53,750 nucleotides of DNA from Barthelona sp. PAP020 (lineage: Eukaryota). Under the pieces are notes generated by a model that searched no databases, was not told the DNA's origin, and saw only the letters and a list, made by a program, of their open reading frames with translations. The stretch is from the NCBI GenBank assembly GCA_040182905.1, contig JARQWU010000040.1, positions 1 to 53,750 on the forward strand. Reading direction: 5' to 3'. Position numbers and translations under genes: made by a program. This document shows, piece after piece, positions 51,033 through 53,750 of this stretch. How positions within the stretch are numbered: position 1 is the stretch's first letter; the number at the start of each line of letters is the position of its first letter.

Positions 51033-51626
51033 TTAAACAATGACCCTTTTAGGAAGTTCATTAAAAAAATAATTGATACCTTCTTCATTTAAATTACAAA
51101 GAAAAGGTAATTCTCTCATTCTTTCATTAACATCAAGACCGTACCCAGCTAACCAAACATCAGGAGCTTCCAATCCCCAAAATTCGGGTTCAGGTGTGGT
51201 TCTTTCAACTTTTTTGTTTAATAAAAGACATAATTTGACTGAACGAGCACCCAACTTCAATAATTCGTCCTTGATAGTATTTAATGTCGTACCACTTTCA
51301 TACAAATCATCACAAAGCAAACAATCGCGACCTTCAACCCATGAAGCATTAGGTTTCAAACGATAAATTAATTCTTTAACAGACATTGAACCTCCAAAAT
51401 ATGCAGTTGCTGACACTGGAATAAATTCAGTTGGAATGGTCAATTCTCTAATCAAATCATGAGCAAAAAATAAAGCTCCAGTCATAACTGGCATGATAAT
51501 TAGACTATTTTGATCAGTGGAATGTTGGTATTCACTATCAACGTCTTTTGCAATTTTTGAAACAGCTTCTTTAATCTGATCTTCTGTATAGTAAATCTTA
51601 TCAATATATTTTGAATAATCCATCAT
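51033..51626 (-). CDS. hpt: 6-oxopurine (hypoxanthine/guanine) phosphoribosyltransferase
   Basis: VMTGALFF..DL, PRPP loop LLCDDLYESGTTL, LLNK and WLAGYGLD...RELP. ATG at 51626. Confidence 0.92.
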   Translation of the reverse strand: MMDYSKYIDKIYYTEDQIKEAVSKIAKDVDSEYQHSTDQNSLIIMPVMTGALFFAHDLIRELTIPTEFIPVSATAYFGGSMSVKELIYRLKPNASWVEGRDCLLCDDLYESGTTLNTIKDELLKLGARSVKLCLLLNKKVERTTPEPEFWGLEAPDVWLAGYGLDVNERMRELPFLCNLNEEGINYFFNELPKRVIV

Positions 51627-51767
51627 CAATTCGAAAAAAAGAAAAAAGACAAGATGTTTGGTTGAGGTTTTTTTTTCTTGATTTTTCCGTTTTTTTCTAA
51701 AATCTAAAAAAGAAAAGATGAAATACCAACAATTTGAATAAATATTAACAAAAAATACATATATTTA

Positions 51768-53213
51768 TCAACCAAAATTTCGATTAGACTTTTCAAACCG
51801 ATCAAAGACAGGTGACGATGATAATTTCTTTAATTTTAATTCAAGCGCATTTCTTTCCATTGATGTATTGATCAATTGATGTTTCAACTTTTCATATTTT
51901 TGAGAAAGTTCATAATCTGTACATTTTTTTTCATTTAATTCAGCACAAGTTTCTTTTAATTTAACAGTTTCATCCAAAGTATCATTTAATTTTGTTTTTG
52001 TCGATTCCAATTCGTCTTGTAAAATTGACAACTCTTTGTCAAATTGAGACATCAAAACTTTCTTTTGTTGTTTTTCTGATTGTAACAATTCCTTTAATTC
52101 TTCCAATTCTTGAGTTTGATCAGATTCCATCAAATGTTTATCTTCGTCCATTTTGACAGTTGCAAAAATTTCGCATAAATCGTTATATTTTTCATTGAGG
52201 TCTTCTAAAGCATCATAAGCTAAAATGGTTGTGTCTTTCAATTCTTCATTTTCATTGCGAAGAGAATCAATTGTTTCTTCATGTTTCAACAAAAGATTGT
52301 TCGTTTTCGTTTGAAAATTTGTAATATATGTTTGCTTTTCTGATAACTTTTCTTCTAAATTAATAACTTCATTCTTCATTTTCCTCTTTTCTTTTTCGAA
52401 ACTTTGAATTTTCAATTGATACTTCTCACTCAATTCTTTAAATTCCTGATTTTCAATCTTTAACTTATCAATAACATCTTTTAAATCCTTTTCTCCAATT
52501 TTTTCAATATTTTGTATATTTTTTTCGCGTTCAGATTCAATTACCAAATTTTGCATCTCTTTTAACTCTTCAGATAATTTATTTTGTTCAATTATATCAA
52601 AATTAAACTTTTCATCAAAACAAGTGATTAATTTACACATTTCTTTCAATTTTAACGATAAATTGGTACTTATCTGTATTTTTTGCAACTTTTCTGTTAC
52701 TTTTTGACCATGTTCTATTCTTTCCTTCATATGATTATCTGATATAACTGAAGGTATCAAAAATTCTTCATTTTCTTCATACATTTCAGGAAACATATCC
52801 TCTCCAATCAAATCTTCTCGTAATTCTTTTGTTTCTAAATATATGTCTTCAAATTGAATGCTAATATTTCTCATAATTTCATCAAATTTCTTTTCATATT
52901 CGTTGCTTTGTTTATAAAAAAGTTCATTATTAAAAACTTCAACAGAATTTGTTGTTGGTATGTCATAATCAGTTGTTAACTGTTTCAAATTTCTATCGAT
53001 CAAATTTGTTTGATTTTCAAAAGCTTTTATCAAATTAATCAACCATTCAATACTATTAATTAAAGGTTCGTGGAATTTAATATGTGAATTGACTGAGGCT
53101 TGTAAACTCTCAATGGTTCGATTTTGAATTTCTAATCGTTTTTCCAATTCATTAATTTTCCTTTCATATTCAACATTTGAATCATTGGAAGCAGAATTTC
53201 CAAACAATCCCAT
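51768..53213 (-). CDS. Hypothetical coiled-coil protein
   Basis: Long E/K/L-rich ORF; first ATG at 53213 (ORF open to TTG 53300). Confidence 0.75.
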   Translation of the reverse strand: MGLFGNSASNDSNVEYERKINELEKRLEIQNRTIESLQASVNSHIKFHEPLINSIEWLINLIKAFENQTNLIDRNLKQLTTDYDIPTTNSVEVFNNELFYKQSNEYEKKFDEIMRNISIQFEDIYLETKELREDLIGEDMFPEMYEENEEFLIPSVISDNHMKERIEHGQKVTEKLQKIQISTNLSLKLKEMCKLITCFDEKFNFDIIEQNKLSEELKEMQNLVIESEREKNIQNIEKIGEKDLKDVIDKLKIENQEFKELSEKYQLKIQSFEKEKRKMKNEVINLEEKLSEKQTYITNFQTKTNNLLLKHEETIDSLRNENEELKDTTILAYDALEDLNEKYNDLCEIFATVKMDEDKHLMESDQTQELEELKELLQSEKQQKKVLMSQFDKELSILQDELESTKTKLNDTLDETVKLKETCAELNEKKCTDYELSQKYEKLKHQLINTSMERNALELKLKKLSSSPVFDRFEKSNRNFG

Positions 53214-53323
53214 ATTTGTAGTGTCAATTGTTGATAAGAAAGTAAAAATTTCAATTAAAGGCTTTATTTTTGACCTTTGAAATAACCAAAAGACAGACAA
53301 TAATAATAAAAATATACAAAATT

Positions 53324-53750
53324 TTACAGTTTTAAAGGAGGTAACAACTCTATTTTTTGATTAATCCGATTACCATCGCTTTTATTATTGTTATCAGAAA
53401 ATTTATCATTATGAAATAAAGAAGCAACATTGTCATTACTTTTAAGCACCAAATCGCCTGATTTAAGATTAGATGAAGTCTCATTATCATGAGCATTCGA
53501 TAAAGAACTCTTTTGAGAAATGTTAGAACGAAAGGTGTTTTGTCGAAAAGTTGATTGACCTTCAACAATAAAAGGATGTTGTAATGCTTCCAAAGGTGAC
53601 ATTCGAGTTTCTGGATTCCAATCCAAACATCGGTCAATAAAATCTATAAAACTAGCATTATTTGACCTAACCGCTGCAGATAACTGTTTATTATTAGGCA
53701 TTCTTTTCTTACCACGACTATTAGGGACTATCTTGGCATGACCAACAGAA
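53324..53750 (-). CDS. DYRK-family (class 2) protein kinase, C-terminal part; gene continues beyond the window
   Basis: Frame is open to the window edge: PNSRGKKRMP...FIDFIDRCLDWNPETRMSPLEALQHPFI (subdomain XI plus the DYRK2/4-type NS.GK.R.P insert). Confidence 0.85.
   Translation of the reverse strand, partial: SVGHAKIVPNSRGKKRMPNNKQLSAAVRSNNASFIDFIDRCLDWNPETRMSPLEALQHPFIVEGQSTFRQNTFRSNISQKSSLSNAHDNETSSNLKSGDLVLKSNDNVASLFHNDKFSDNNNKSDGNRINQKIELLPPLKL

Noticed and set aside
1..53750. Stop-codon reassignment, selenocysteine readthrough, CRISPR arrays, rRNA/tRNA genes, telomeric repeats
   Set aside because: Conserved genes end at expected positions with TAA, TAG or TGA. The only in-frame TGA in a recognisable protein lies in a multiply frameshifted pseudogene at a Gly position. 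No arrays or RNA genes were seen.

Overview
Eukaryotic nuclear DNA from a very AT-rich (roughly 30% GC by eye), gene-dense genome. About 32 protein-coding genes read as single uninterrupted ORFs with no evident introns, and TAA, TAG and TGA all act as stops (standard code). Ciliary genes (CEP104, PKD2-type channel, CCDC33-like) indicate a flagellated protist. Purine salvage, anaerobe-type bacterial enzymes and a Giardia-like 3' motif are compatible with a metamonad-like anaerobe, but that is inference. Core eukaryotic genes: WASH1, TFIIH p44, IQ-DH-PH RhoGEF, SMC2, PLAA/Doa1, URI1, NOM1, ATG7, ATG8-like, kinesin-14, CPSF2, MCM4, a divergent actin and a partial DYRK kinase. Most notable: (1) a bacterial-type PP-loop, CxxC+C tRNA sulfurtransferase (ThiI/TtuI-like) embedded among eukaryotic genes; (2) a frameshifted proline racemase pseudogene absent from the ORF track, next to a YbaK/ProX-family deacylase, with proC about 11 kb away; (3) a TGTRAA hexamer enriched at or just after stop codons, a candidate polyadenylation signal; (4) two WD40 paralogs sharing an unrecognised C-terminal domain; (5) faint relics of SWIM-finger and EEP-endonuclease coding sequence and a candidate structured RNA in intergenic DNA. 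All assignments come from reading motifs; no database searches were run.
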